A DNA stretch of 53,854 bases from Bacilli bacterium (GTDB lineage Bacteria; Bacillota_I; Bacilli_A; ML615J-28; CAG-313), in NCBI GenBank assembly GCA_900770645.1, contig CAAGKY010000044.1, forward strand, positions 1 through 53,854, written 5' to 3'. The position numbers were made by a program, and so were the translations under genes. Under the pieces are notes generated by a model. It was given only the letters and a program-made list of their open reading frames with translations. It was not told the DNA's origin and made no database searches. Positions 12,460 through 23,474 of this stretch are shown piece by piece. Every line of letters starts with the position of its first letter. Position 1 is the first letter of the stretch.

Positions 12460-13165
12460 ATTTTGGACAATCTATTTCGATGCTAGAATCTATTCCAATA
12501 CAATCGTTTAACGCATCTAAGTTATTTATAATTTTAAGAGTGTCTCTTGCAGGTAATTTATTAATATAACTCTCAAGTCTAGTTGGTTCCATTTTTGCTC
12601 CATTTACTTCGTCAATTACTTGTTGAAGTAATACTAATAAATTAAAATCAATTTCTGCATCTTTGTATCTACGTTTCATCTCTTTCGTTTTAGATTCAAT
12701 TTCATCTAACATTCTAGGAGTTTGAAACTTAATTGAAATAGTATCGCCTGAACTAGGTAATGTAAAAGTTTTTAGACTTTCAAATTTTTCAAGATCAAAT
12801 TCTTTTACTTTTAATTGCTCTAAATCTGCTTCACCTTCGAAAATTTCACCACAATAATGACAAGGTACTGACATCTTATAATTTGGACCATAAGAAACAA
12901 TTCTTAATTTGTGTAATAAGAATTCATAATCACCTAATGCCATATCATATACGTGCATTTTTGGTTTTTCAATCATGCATCCTTCGATTAAGTCAGCTAT
13001 TTTTTTAAACTGAGTATTTGAAGGCGATAATCTTTTCATCTCGTCTCTTGTAGTCATACATCTAAGCTCTACATTTGGATTAACTGCTCCTTGTTTGTAG
13101 ATTTTTCCCTTAGATGGTAATTCACACCCTTCTGCAATTGTATAATTTGTTAATCTTTCTTCCAT
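12395..13165 (-). CDS. Zinc-ribbon protein, tail assembly chaperone / hub assembly candidate (256 aa)
   Basis: Intact in both codes. ATG 13165-13163 after AGGAGAA; TAA 12397-12395. Cys pairs CHYCGE...CPKCGG. Sits immediately upstream of the tape measure gene. Function inferred from position. Confidence 0.4.
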   Translation of the reverse strand: MEERLTNYTIAEGCELPSKGKIYKQGAVNPNVELRCMTTRDEMKRLSPSNTQFKKIADLIEGCMIEKPKMHVYDMALGDYEFLLHKLRIVSYGPNYKMSVPCHYCGEIFEGEADLEQLKVKEFDLEKFESLKTFTLPSSGDTISIKFQTPRMLDEIESKTKEMKRRYKDAEIDFNLLVLLQQVIDEVNGAKMEPTRLESYINKLPARDTLKIINNLDALNDCIGIDSSIEIDCPKCGGEVHTFFRFGSEFFRPTNI

Positions 13166-13198
13166 AAATTTTAATATTCTCCTTTACTTTATTTGTTT

Positions 13199-13363
13199 TT
13201 AAAATCTACGTTCTTCAAAGAATTTTTCTAAAATTTCTCTAATAAGAGCAGACACAGTGATTTTACGATCTTTTGCTGTTTCCTTTAAACGTATTTTTAG
13301 TGGTCTAGTAGTTTCAAATGTCTGCATAATTTTATCGCTTCTATCAACTTTTTTTCTACCCAT
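13199..13363 (-). CDS. Ribbon-helix-helix (CopG/Arc-like) DNA-binding protein (54 aa)
   Basis: Below the ORF-track size cut-off. ATG 13363-13361, TAA 13201-13199. MGRKKVDRSDKIMQTFETTRPLKIRLKETAKDRKITVSALIREILEKFFEERRF has the beta-strand/helix/helix RHH pattern. It is the first gene after motif copy 2. Confidence 0.55.
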   Translation of the reverse strand: MGRKKVDRSDKIMQTFETTRPLKIRLKETAKDRKITVSALIREILEKFFEERRF

Positions 13364-13404
13364 AAACTAAGATTTCCTTTCATTTTTGTCGAACAGATTG
13401 TTCG

Positions 13405-13418
13405 TCATATAATTTAGC
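13405..13418 (-). promoter_or_regulatory. Conserved intergenic motif copy 2 (GCTAAATTATATGA)
   Basis: Lies between terminator 13457-13495 and the RHH gene. The flanks are identical to copy 1 over 23 nt. Confidence 0.5.
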
Positions 13419-13456
13419 TTATTATTTAAAATAAATTTATTAAATCTATTTTAAAT

Positions 13457-13495
13457 AAAAAAAATATCTTATCAAAAGATAAGATATTTTTTTTT
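13457..13495 (-). terminator. Rho-independent terminator after the tube gene
   Basis: Stem AATATCTTATC/GATAAGATATT (13463-13473/13478-13488) with loop AAAA, flanked by A8 and T9 runs. Begins at the tube stop codon. Confidence 0.8.
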
Positions 13496-14108
13496 ATTGA
13501 TTTTGAATTGCTGGTAAATCCATTTCAGCTCTATCGTATGCAATAGAAACTGTTAATTGACGTTTTCCATCACTTTCTCTATCGAATTCACCTTCATCGA
13601 TTCCAGTAACGAAGCATCCTTCTAGATTTCAAGTTCTAATTAATTCATAATCTTGTGTATATTCCATTAATGTACAAGTTTTCTTGTAATCTTTCATACG
13701 ACCACCTTTTCTTGTGCTTGGATTATATGCAAGATATTGTCAAGCATAAAGAATATTTTTTGTTTCCATACCAACAACGTCATCAACCACGATTGAACCA
13801 TCTTTAAATGTTGGAACACCTGCAAATTTAACAACGTCATTACCACGTCTATATTCTAAAACTTCTACTGTAAAGTTTGGTACACTTGATTTTACTACAT
13901 TTAATCTAATAGCTTCTGCAGCTTTAGCTCCATCATATAATGTTCCTTCATCAATAGTAGCTTCACCAGTATCTGGGTTAAAGTCAGGTCTATATAAATT
14001 AGTTAATTGGTTTGAATCGATTTCAAAAACGAAAAACGAATTTCTAGCAGCTTCGTAATCACGTAAGTTTGTACTAATATGAGTTGTATTTAAACTTTTA
14101 TCCATCAT
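13494..14108 (-). CDS. Tail tube protein (204 aa)
   Basis: Track ORF 13740-14108 continues through TGA 13742-13740 and 13631-13629 for 81 more codons to TAA 13496-13494. ATGATG 14108-14103 after AGGAGA. Sits directly downstream of the sheath gene. Confidence 0.7.
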
Positions 14109-14125
14109 AATTTATATCTCCTTTA

Positions 14126-15781
14126 CTATTCAACTACGTTTGCTGTTATACCAGCTAAATCTTCTTCTAGGTTAATTGTAAGATCGAAATCTTCAACTGC
14201 TTCGATTGGGATAATTCTAATTACTGCTTTTAATACAGCTTTTGTATTATCAACTTTTTGAACAATTTTATAACCTTTAATTCCATAGTCAGCACGCATA
14301 GCTTCTAAAGTTGGTTTTATCGCATTTACAAAGTTAATTCATAATAAATCTGAATTTGGATCGAAAGTAAATTTACGACATGCTGTATATAATTGTTTTT
14401 TAATTGTTGTACATAGTTGTCTAATATTTAAGAAATGACTATATACTAATCCTTTGTCATCTAATGCATGAGCAGTTCTATTTCCTCATAAGTAGTAACT
14501 TCCACGTTCTTTTAATACTAGGTTAACAGCTTTATTGATATTGTATTTTTCATTGATAACTCTTGGAGCTAAAGTATTGATAACTCTTTCTCCTAAGACA
14601 AATGATGTACTATCTACAGTTCTAGCAGCTTGACCTCTAGAGTACCCTGCAACTGCGTATCATTCAGAGAAACGTTTGAATGCACTTGCAGCACAAGCTA
14701 GATAATGGAAAGATGCTGGGAAAGTTTTATTTCCACCAAAAGCTCTAACTTCTTCTTCAGACATATTATAAGTTACTTGAGGACCAAATATTGCTGTATA
14801 TTTGTCAGCTGAGCTTAATTTTCCAACACTAGTACTAATTCCGTTAACAATTTCTTCATCTGTAGTACAATTAATTAAATCACGTTCGTCTATATCGCAT
14901 AAGGCAATACAATCTCCACGACCATGATTTGCATCAATGACATCAGAATTATTTAATACATTTTGCATTTCTGCATCTTTTGCGATATCTTGGTTAAATG
15001 TAGCAATTGAGCTAATTTGTCTCATTACTGATGCATCTGCATATTCTCCACGAAGTCCAGATAAAATGTATCTAAAATTATAAATAGATCTATCTTTTAA
15101 TTGTTCTCAGAAACTAGCTGAACTTAATTCGCTAATTGCATCATAGCTATTGATTTTTTTGAATAATACTGTATATCCTAAATTTAATAGTTCATATGCA
15201 ATTTGGTTTCCAATTTGATAAGGTGATTTTGCAGCTTGACCAAGTTTGTCGTTATACACTTTAAGATAATCTGCTAATTCAGTTTCTTCTGAGCGGAATT
15301 TTTCTGTTACTCCATCTCCATCTGGATCACTATCAATTTCTTTAAATAGATTGTCATTGTACTCAACTTTTGTAAGAATATAAGTAATTTCACCTAATTG
15401 GAAAATACCAGGACCGTAACTACCAATTCGCGTATCTTTAGGAGCAGCTGGTGTAGCAGTATAGACACCATATTCTTCACTTTCAAAATCTTCTTTTTTT
15501 ACTTTACCTTGATATTTTGCTATTCCTGTAACTTCGGCATTAGCGATTTCAGGTTCAGCATTTTTAGCAGGTATTGCTTGACCTGGAGTTTTTCCAATAT
15601 ACTTCTCAAAGTCACTAACACTATTAAGTTCGTACACATCTTTACCAATTTCAATATTTTTGGCAATTTCATAGTCAAAAGTATCTTCGTCCACATATCC
15701 TGGAACAACAACAGAAAAATTGTTTTCACCATATGCATTAGCTTTAGATGTGTCTTTTTCTCTAATTAAAATTTTTGGCAT
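14126..15781 (-). CDS. Contractile tail sheath protein (551 aa)
   Basis: Joins track ORFs 15107-15781 and 14660-15025 and extends to TAG 14128-14126 (4 TGA, no TAA/TAG; checked codon by codon). C-terminal ...YLWGNRTAHALDDKGLVYSHFLNIRQL...FTFDPNSDLLWINFVNAIKPTLEAMRADYGIKGYKI is sheath-C-domain-like. Confidence 0.85.
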
Positions 15782-15902
15782 ATAATTTTTCTCCTTATAT
15801 ATAAATTAAGAATTTAACTTATTATATTTTCTATATTAAAAGTGTCATTTATAGACTCAACTTTTATATTTCTTAATTCAGCAATATTAACACTCTTCAA
15901 TA

Positions 15903-15916
15903 TCAATTAATTTAGC
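15903..15916 (-). promoter_or_regulatory. Conserved intergenic motif copy 3 (GCTAAATTAATTGA)
   Basis: In the 155-nt spacer upstream of the sheath gene. Confidence 0.5.
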
Positions 15917-15936
15917 AAATAGTTTTTATAATTAAA

Positions 15937-16635
15937 TTATTTTTTTCACTTAAGTGGTAAATATTCTATTTCTGCGTCTTTTTTGTTTGTATTTTCTACT
16001 AGATGTAGTTCACTAACTTCGTCTACACGAACTCATTCGCAGAATTCATCGTCTGACTCTGGTACAAGAAGTTGCCAATTCTTTTTATACGGTGCATCGT
16101 ATAAGAATGCATCAAGTATTTCGAACTGAATTGTTCATCTAGTAAATTGTCCAGGAAAAAGTCTTTCTGAAATAGCACTAGTATCAGTCACAGAGTTTAA
16201 AACTCTAATATTCGCAATCTGTTCGACATTTATTCCATTATATGGAATTATAATCTTTATTGATGGATTATTGATTAATTTAAATAAAAACTGTCTTAGA
16301 TACTCGTCACCAGCTTCAGCTGTCTTTGTATAAATATCTAATTGATATTGCAGCTTAATTGGAATAGCATTCAATAAAAGAGATTGCTCTTTTGTTTGAG
16401 ATAGTTTTTTACCTGCATACGATTTAGGTGACTTAACATTTAATATTAATTCAATATCATTATTTCTTGATATTGATATTAATGGTAATTGTAGAGGTTT
16501 ATCGTCACTATCATTTGCTTGCAGCTCAAAAAATCGTCTTGTCTCATCTGGTTTTAGAATTCTAACATTTGAGTTAGACGGAAGTCAACGACTAATTTTT
16601 GCAGCAATTACATCATCATAATACTCTAATGCCAT
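15937..16635 (-). CDS. Hypothetical virion protein, tail terminator/completion candidate (232 aa)
   Basis: Track ORF 16135-16374 extended in both directions through 4 TGA. ATG 16635-16633 after AAGGAA; TAA 15939-15937. Lies just upstream of the sheath gene. Function inferred from position only. Confidence 0.35.
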
Positions 16636-16652
16636 ATACTCTGATTCCTTTC

Positions 16653-16985
16653 TTATTTTAGTGTTTGCATAAAAGCTTCTTTTAAGATCTTACTACCATG
16701 AACTTCTATATTGCCATAAGTAATCAATGTAGCAAGCTTATCTAGATTTTTATTTTCAAATAAAACTATTATATTATCGTCTTTATCTTGCTGTATTTTA
16801 CAATGAGAAAGTAAATACATACATGCACTAATTAGCGTTAAATTATACTCTTTTTTTAATAATTCATTTAGCTTAACTTCGCTAACTTTTAGAGTATGAT
16901 TTAATATAATAGTCTTAGCATCAAGCAGGACTTTTGCCTTTATGAAAGGCTCATCAGCTATTTTACTCTTTATTGTAAAAAACAT
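16653..16985 (-). CDS. Hypothetical protein (110 aa)
   Basis: Intact ORF. ATG 16985-16983 lies 2 nt after the upstream TAA; TAA 16655-16653. Confidence 0.55.
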   Translation of the reverse strand: MFFTIKSKIADEPFIKAKVLLDAKTIILNHTLKVSEVKLNELLKKEYNLTLISACMYLLSHCKIQQDKDDNIIVLFENKNLDKLATLITYGNIEVHGSKILKEAFMQTLK

Positions 16986-16987
16986 TT

Positions 16988-18526
16988 TTACTCTGCCTTA
17001 AGCTCTATGCCAGCTTTTCTACAAATACTTTTGATTATTTCAAATAATTTACTCAATTCTAGAGTACTAATATCAGCTAATAATGTATTAAATGCGAAGA
17101 ATTTTGTAGCATTATCTTCTACTTTAAGTAGATCAGCTATATTATGATCTGAAATAATAGATGGGTCTTTAAATAGTTTATAAATTTTAGTCTTAGAACT
17201 TTTTGATGCAAACTTAGTAATTAGAGCTGCAATAGCTATTTTAGCATCGTTTATAGTATATATATTACTATTTAGTTTATTTGCAATTGCTTCACTATCA
17301 GCTGAAAACTTACTAAGAAGATTATTTTGTACAAAATTAGTCGCACCAATTTGTTGTAATTTGACTTCAATGGATTCATGAGTGTCTAGTTTACTATTTT
17401 CTAAATCTATTGTAGATGTAGTATGATCAACATCGAACATTACTAAAAAGTTTAATTTTTCAATAGAATCTTCTGCTGCAGATAGTATATTACTTCCATC
17501 AGTATCATCAGATTTTAATTTGCTAATCTCAATATTAATAAGTCCTTTTTGTAGTTCTAAATATTCTACAATTTTTTCATAAGACTTATTATATAAATCT
17601 TTACTAAAAATAATATTATTAGTCTTTAATTTACCTAATCCTTTAACATCTTTTTTATTAATATAATTTCTTGCTAATCCATCATGAATAGCAACATAAT
17701 TATCATGAGTAAATCTTTGTCAATATTTTTCTACAAACTCAATCATCGGATTAATTTCTTTTTTAAATCCAAAAGCTTCTAGTTCTTGTTTAAAAGCTTC
17801 GCTTATTTCTAAAACTTTATTATATAATTGTTCACTTTTATTTCAAACTTTTTTAAAGTACACATCTCAGAAAGCTGTTTTGTTCTTAGATGATCTATAT
17901 CGTTCTCCTCAATCTATTGTGTCACCTTCTTTAGCAGCTTCTTCTCATTTTGCAGTTAATGTAAGGTCACTATTTACTATAGTATCGAAGTCGTATTTTT
18001 CTTCTCCATTGAACCAATCAACGAAAGTAAATCCATCTTTTTTTGGGTCTGCTGGTCTTGCAACTTTTTCGCCTTCTTTTACTTTTTGTTGAGCAACTCC
18101 GTCACTAAAAGTAATTGTATATCATTTTTCATCAGAGTCTTCAGTTTTTATTGTTATTGTTTTTGCCTTATCGTCTACAATAAGCTTATTTTCGGCTTTT
18201 AATCTTTTAGCAGTTAATTCAGCTCAATATTCTAGATTATTATCATCTGCTTTTATCCATCCATCTTTATCATTATTTAATAGATGCTTTAAATCTGGTT
18301 TTAAATCTTTATCTTCTAGCGTTGGAACGCCAGCTGCATCTGGATTAACTACTTTATAATTGCTACCATGTCCAAAAACTCTACAAATATATTTAGAAAG
18401 ATATGCCTGTAGTAATTTTTGTCCTTGTTCAAGTGGACGTGCTTCTGTTCGTCTATTTTTTTCTAGTAGAATGTATTTTTCAACTAGATTTAACGTATAT
18501 TTATGTTCTTCTAATATAAATTTCAT
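16988..18526 (-). CDS. Hypothetical virion-module protein with a Listeria-Bacteroides (Flg_new) repeat (512 aa)
   Basis: Joins track ORFs 18224-18526 and 16988-17440 across a stretch with 7 TGA and no TAA/TAG. ATG 18526-18524 overlaps the upstream TAA (TAATG). KVARPADPKKDGFTFVDWFNGEEKYDFDTIVNSDLTLTAKW fits the Flg_new repeat. Confidence 0.6.
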
Positions 18527-19035
18527 TAATCTTCCTCCTCATAATCTACTAGTAACGGAGTGGTTTCTGTACTGTAATCATTAAATAGATGATTTTCATC
18601 TACTGTATAATATTCAGGAGCAATTTCACAAGCGATAGAAGCAGGATAAATCATAATATTTTGCATACTAATTACTCGAAAGACTCTTCCTTGAGCTTGG
18701 TCTATTCCACTAGGAATGATAAACTGCGCTCCAACCTGTAAATCTTTTAAATCGTACGGCACATGAATTATAGAAGAGCCTTCTTGCAATTCGGCTACTC
18801 ATCCCATTTTCTTAAGAGTTTTTTGATCTGGATGATCTTGAAAAATACATCCAACCAAAACTCCAGGTTGGTAGCCTGTTTGCAAATCACCTTTTTTATC
18901 AAAAGTTTTAGTTTTTGTAGGTGCTTTATATATACAATTTATTCCAAGAAGCTTAGTCATTTGCTTAAATCATGTTCGATGAAGCTTTATGTCTTGATTT
19001 ATCAACATTCCATAGTCATTAAATTTATCAGACAT
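18526..19035 (-). CDS. Hypothetical neck/head-completion candidate (169 aa)
   Basis: Track ORF 18526-18789 extended upstream through TGA 18801-18799 and 18972-18970 to ATG 19035-19033 (AAAGGAG upstream). Confidence 0.4.
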
Positions 19036-19085
19036 TTTTTACTCCTTTCATCCAACTAAGAATTAATTATTGTACTTAGTTCTTT

Positions 19086-21236
19086 TTATTTTCTAATAAT
19101 ACCTTCAACTAAATTTTTACCAATAGTATATTTATATTTAAAACTTTCTGTAACAATAGTTTTATTTTTATTAATATAATTTAATGTAAAGTTTAAACCT
19201 TCACATAAATCTTTATTTTCACCAACAAAAGTATTACTTTCTTTTATGAATTCGAATTTTGTTTTATTAATTGATCCAGAGTTAAAATTAATATTTCCTT
19301 CAATCATTAATTTATTATTTTCATAAGAGCAATTAGTTGCTTCAAATGATTTTACGTTTTCATAGACATTTGTCAAATATCCAGAAATATGCTCATTTAA
19401 AGAACATTCATCTAATTCTTCAAAATCGTCTTTTTCTTCTTCAAAAGATTCATAATAAATTGGATCATTTAACATTGCTTTAAATTCTTCTCTAGATACG
19501 TCATCTACAAAGTTATCTTGTGCACCAGTAGACTCTTCTAAGCTTTTTTCGAATTCATCTAGTTTTTCTTCTGTTTCTGCGTCTTCTTCGATTTTAACTG
19601 TACTTTCTTCTTGTTCTTGAGAGCTACGTTCGGCTTGAACGTCTTCAAAATCACTTGGCATTGCAAGTCTTCCTTCAGTACTTATCTCGTCTGCACGCGT
19701 ATTAGAGTCTAGTTCTACTTCATGAGTATATTCAAAATCATTTTCTTTTGGTGATTCTTTTAACTCTTCTCCAAGAGAATCTGCAAAATCTTGTAATAAT
19801 TCTTTTGCTGATTCTTCTTTAAGATTTTCTGTTAAAGTCTTTTTAACATTATTAAAAGATTCTTTAAATCCATATCATTCATATCCATATTCGAGGGCTA
19901 ATGAATTAATTGCTAAGAATAATAAATGATATCTATCATCATCGTTTTTGCAAGCATTAATATATTTATCCATTTCAGCTTTTTCAGTACTTGAACAACG
20001 ATCAGATCATCAAATTGGTAATGTATCTGTTCCTCATTCTTCTGATTCTTCATGCCAATTACTTGCAACTAATGCATCCCTAATTAGATCGCCCATGATT
20101 GGTTGTTCATATCCTTCTAATGCGTTAGTTCCTCAGTCGTTAACTAATTTTTCAGCGTCATCTGGGTCACCTACAAAATAGTATGTTAAGTCTCTTGCTA
20201 CATAAAGAGCAGTATATGGATTATCGAAAATATCTTCATGATAAAGATCTTGAATATTGATAGACTCTGTTAAAGATTCTTTAACTTCTTCAACCTCATC
20301 AGCATCAGGAAGTTTATTTTGAACTTCATCTTTTAAAACATCTGGTAAAGCTGCTTCTAAATCTGCTTTTAAAGAATCAAGTCTTGCTTCAATTGATTTT
20401 TTAACAAATTCATTTTTAGCATTTTCTAATTCTTTTTCAGCTTTTTCAATTTCGTTTTTTAAATATTCAACATAATCATTGTGAGCTTTTAACTTATCGT
20501 CTAATTCTTTGTCTACTGCTTCTTTTAATGAATCATTTACTTGAGTATTTTCTTCATGTAAATTTAATGATTCTTGTTGAATTTCGTTATCTTCAGATTC
20601 TTCTTCACCAATAGGCTCTATATTTAAACTTTCATCATTTTCATCGTTTACAGGCTCTTCTTCAATGTCGCTAACGTCTGAATCAATCTCATCATTATTT
20701 TCAGTAGTATCTTCTTCTTGATTACTTTCTAGATCTACAGGAACTTCGTCAAGTTGAGGTTCTTCTTCTACATCTTCTATAGCTTCAATTTTACCAATTA
20801 ATGTATACCCAGAATCATTTCCACAATGTTGGCAAACTTCACTGGTATTGCAGATATCTTCATCTTCTTCTGATACTTCTACGTCTGCTTGGTCTTTATA
20901 GAATAGAGTCATACATTGAGGACATTGGATAACAGTTTTACCTACATAAGATGGTAAAATATCTTCTGGTGATTCAGCATTAATGTCTACAATTTTTTCA
21001 ATACGAGCCAATTTAGCTTGTGCGATTTCTTCTTGACGGCTATTTTGTGCTTGCTCTAACTCATTTACATTATTTACGTCATAATAATCTTCCATTAACG
21101 CATTAGTAACATTTGAACGAACAAAGTGTTCAGATAAATTTCTTTGTTTATTAGTTACTTTAGGAATCTCTATTTCTTCTAAAGCTTTAAAAGCATTTTC
21201 AAAATCAAATGCTGTAACAATTTCTCTTTTTTTCAT
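19086..21236 (-). CDS. Hyper-acidic zinc-ribbon protein (716 aa)
   Basis: Joins track ORFs 20133-21236 and 19086-19661 (one frame, 5 TGA including tandem TGA-TGA 20012-20007, no TAA/TAG). ATG 21236-21234 after AAGGAG. Has long D/E runs and CPQC...CQHC. Confidence 0.65.
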
Positions 21237-21253
21237 TTTATTAGTTTCTCCTT

Positions 21254-22003
21254 TTAATCAATTCCAAAAATTAAATTTGAATTAGTTCTAAGAACTTCTC
21301 GTAATTCTTTTAATTCAGTATTTCCTTCATCTAATAGTCTTTCACCGTCTTGTGCTCAGAGCGCATTAGATTGAGTAAATCTTGTTCTAATTCTTCCAAG
21401 AACAATTTTTGTAAGAGCTGTACTTAATCGTATTAATACATCTAATCAGTATTCACTTTTTATTTTTTCAACTGCTTCTTCTAATTCAAATGCAGTTAAG
21501 TTTGGAATATATTCTACGGCAACAGTTGCTGGACGACTTGAGTTTCCATTAATATATAATTTATCATTATGTCTATCTTCTTTAAAAGATAATTCCGTAG
21601 AAATAGTATTTCTGATTCTTTGTAAATGAGTTCAAGCAGAATAGTTTAAAACATAGTCATTTACATTGTACATCGTTCCACCATTACTGAACATTAATCA
21701 TTGTTGCATATATAGTGGGTCTTGATTTTGAATTCCGCCATCTACTGTGCCTTGTCCTTTAGTATGATATACTTTTACGACTGAAACACTTTTTTTACTG
21801 GAAAGCTCTGAACCTTCTAGATTGATACATGAAGCAAAAGGTAATTCAACTAAAGTTGTTTCATCTCAATATCTAGATATTTCACGAATAGCTTTCTTAA
21901 TTACTTGTTTAAGTGTAGCGTCATTTTCGTCATCAATTTCCATTTCTAGGACCGACCCGGTAAGTTCAAGCTTTATTTCGCTAATAATATCTTCTAATTT
22001 CAT
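21254..22003 (-). CDS. Hypothetical head-tail adaptor candidate (249 aa)
   Basis: Invisible in the standard-code track because 5 in-frame TGA split it. ATG 22003-22001 after GGAGGT; TAA 21256-21254. It is the first gene after motif copy 4, downstream of the capsid gene. Confidence 0.45.
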
Positions 22004-22028
22004 AAATTAGTTACCTCCAGGCAATCTA

Positions 22029-22042
22029 TCAATTAATTTAGC
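22029..22042 (-). promoter_or_regulatory. Conserved intergenic motif copy 4 (GCTAAATTAATTGA)
   Basis: Lies between the MCP terminator and the RBS of 21254-22003. Confidence 0.5.
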
Positions 22043-22081
22043 TAATAAAATAATTTAAGTATATAAATAAATTTAAAAAAC

Positions 22082-22110
22082 AAAAAAGAGACCTCCGTAG
22101 AAGTCTCTTT
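22082..22110 (-). terminator. Rho-independent terminator after the major capsid gene
   Basis: Stem AAAGAGAC/GTCTCTTT around loop CTCCGTAGAA. A6 on plus gives a T-tract on the minus transcript. Confidence 0.75.
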
Positions 22111-22130
22111 AAATCATTATTTATTTAAAA

Positions 22131-23453
22131 CTATTTTGCGTATGGATATACGTGAACGTCTTCAGTGATTTCACCAGCAACTAATAAGTTTTTGTTTAAT
22201 AATGCTTTTGCATACCAAGTAGAGAATCCTTGTTGTAAAGCACCATCTGGAGTACCTAATAATTGAGTAGGAACGATAGCCATATATGGAGCATAAACAC
22301 CAGCAGAACTCATCATATCAGAACCGTTTAATCCGAAGAAGAATGAACGACCTTTTAATCTTGGAGATACATAAACGTTCATACCATCGATTTCACCAAC
22401 TTTGTAAGGACCATTCATCTTAGCTACTTTAGCAGCATTGAATCCATTAACGAATTTTAAGATTGGTAATACGTCAGCAGCAATTACCATATAGTTAGGA
22501 TGGAATTTTTGAGTTCTCTTATAGATAATAGCTTTTGCTTCTTCGATAACTTCTAAGAATGCATTGTAGTGTTCAAATTTAGAAACACCAACTGGTAAAG
22601 TTTTAGACCATGTTAATTTATCTTCATGAGCTAAAGCACCTTCGTATAACATATCAACGATTTCAGTATCGATTTCATATGCTAATTCACCACAAGCTTG
22701 TTCAGCGATTTGTTTATCTAAAGAGAAACCATAATCAGTTTTAGCTTGGAATGCAGTAATTTGGTCATATTTAACAGCAATACGTCTTGGTTCAGCAACT
22801 AAAGCGATTCTTTCCATAACTGGTTTAATAGCAGGAATTTCTTCAGCAGGAACTTGTTCCATTTGGAATCTTTCAGCAACATAAGCAACTTTTTTACCCG
22901 CTTTTAATTCATTAGTGTATTCACCATCAATTTTATAAGTATAACGAACAACGTTATTACCTTCAACGTTAGTTAATCCACCTTCACGAGCAGGGAAAGT
23001 AGTAGCAACAGCACCATCTTCACCAGCAGCAACTTCTTCGATTAAGATTTGAGAAGTATAAGCAACACGGTTGTCATCCATTTGACCTAAACCGAATACG
23101 CTATTTAATTCTCTACCTTTCATACCATTCTTATCAGTAGCAGCTTCATATTTTAAGTAAGCAACAGAACCACTGTAAGAAGTCATTGGGTGAACGATAA
23201 CTAAATCATTAGCGATTAAGCTAGGAACAGCGATATTAGTTAAGTTTAAACAGAATTTTTTCCAATCACCTAAATCAGCACGGTTACCACCAGCAACCAT
23301 AGATTCAGTCATCCATCTGTTAGTATTATCTAATAATACAGCAGTAGTTAATTTTGTATTGTTTGATACAGCTTTTCCGTCAAAGTTTTTAGCAACATAA
23401 GCTTCAGCAACTTTTAATTGACGGCCATAAGTTTCTAATAAATTTTGTCTCAT
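22131..23453 (-). CDS. Major capsid protein (440 aa)
   Basis: Intact ORF with no TGA and 4 TGG. Strong RBS and its own terminator. Size and position after the protease/scaffold gene fit a capsid protein. The sequence resembles myovirus HK97-fold capsid proteins by eye. Confidence 0.75.
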   Translation of the reverse strand: MRQNLLETYGRQLKVAEAYVAKNFDGKAVSNNTKLTTAVLLDNTNRWMTESMVAGGNRADLGDWKKFCLNLTNIAVPSLIANDLVIVHPMTSYSGSVAYLKYEAATDKNGMKGRELNSVFGLGQMDDNRVAYTSQILIEEVAAGEDGAVATTFPAREGGLTNVEGNNVVRYTYKIDGEYTNELKAGKKVAYVAERFQMEQVPAEEIPAIKPVMERIALVAEPRRIAVKYDQITAFQAKTDYGFSLDKQIAEQACGELAYEIDTEIVDMLYEGALAHEDKLTWSKTLPVGVSKFEHYNAFLEVIEEAKAIIYKRTQKFHPNYMVIAADVLPILKFVNGFNAAKVAKMNGPYKVGEIDGMNVYVSPRLKGRSFFFGLNGSDMMSSAGVYAPYMAIVPTQLLGTPDGALQQGFSTWYAKALLNKNLLVAGEITEDVHVYPYAK

Positions 23454-23474
23454 TGTTTTTCTCCTTTGTTTTTT

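Noticed and set aside
15520-15738. Minus-strand 72-aa ORF inside the sheath gene
   Set aside because: It is out of frame with the sheath ORF, which is continuous and homologous across this region. It has no RBS.
19054-19081. Hairpin AACTAAG...CTTAGTT between 19086-21236 and 18526-19035 as a terminator
   Set aside because: It has only a 7-bp AT-rich stem with a 13-nt loop and no following T-tract, unlike the nine clear terminators.
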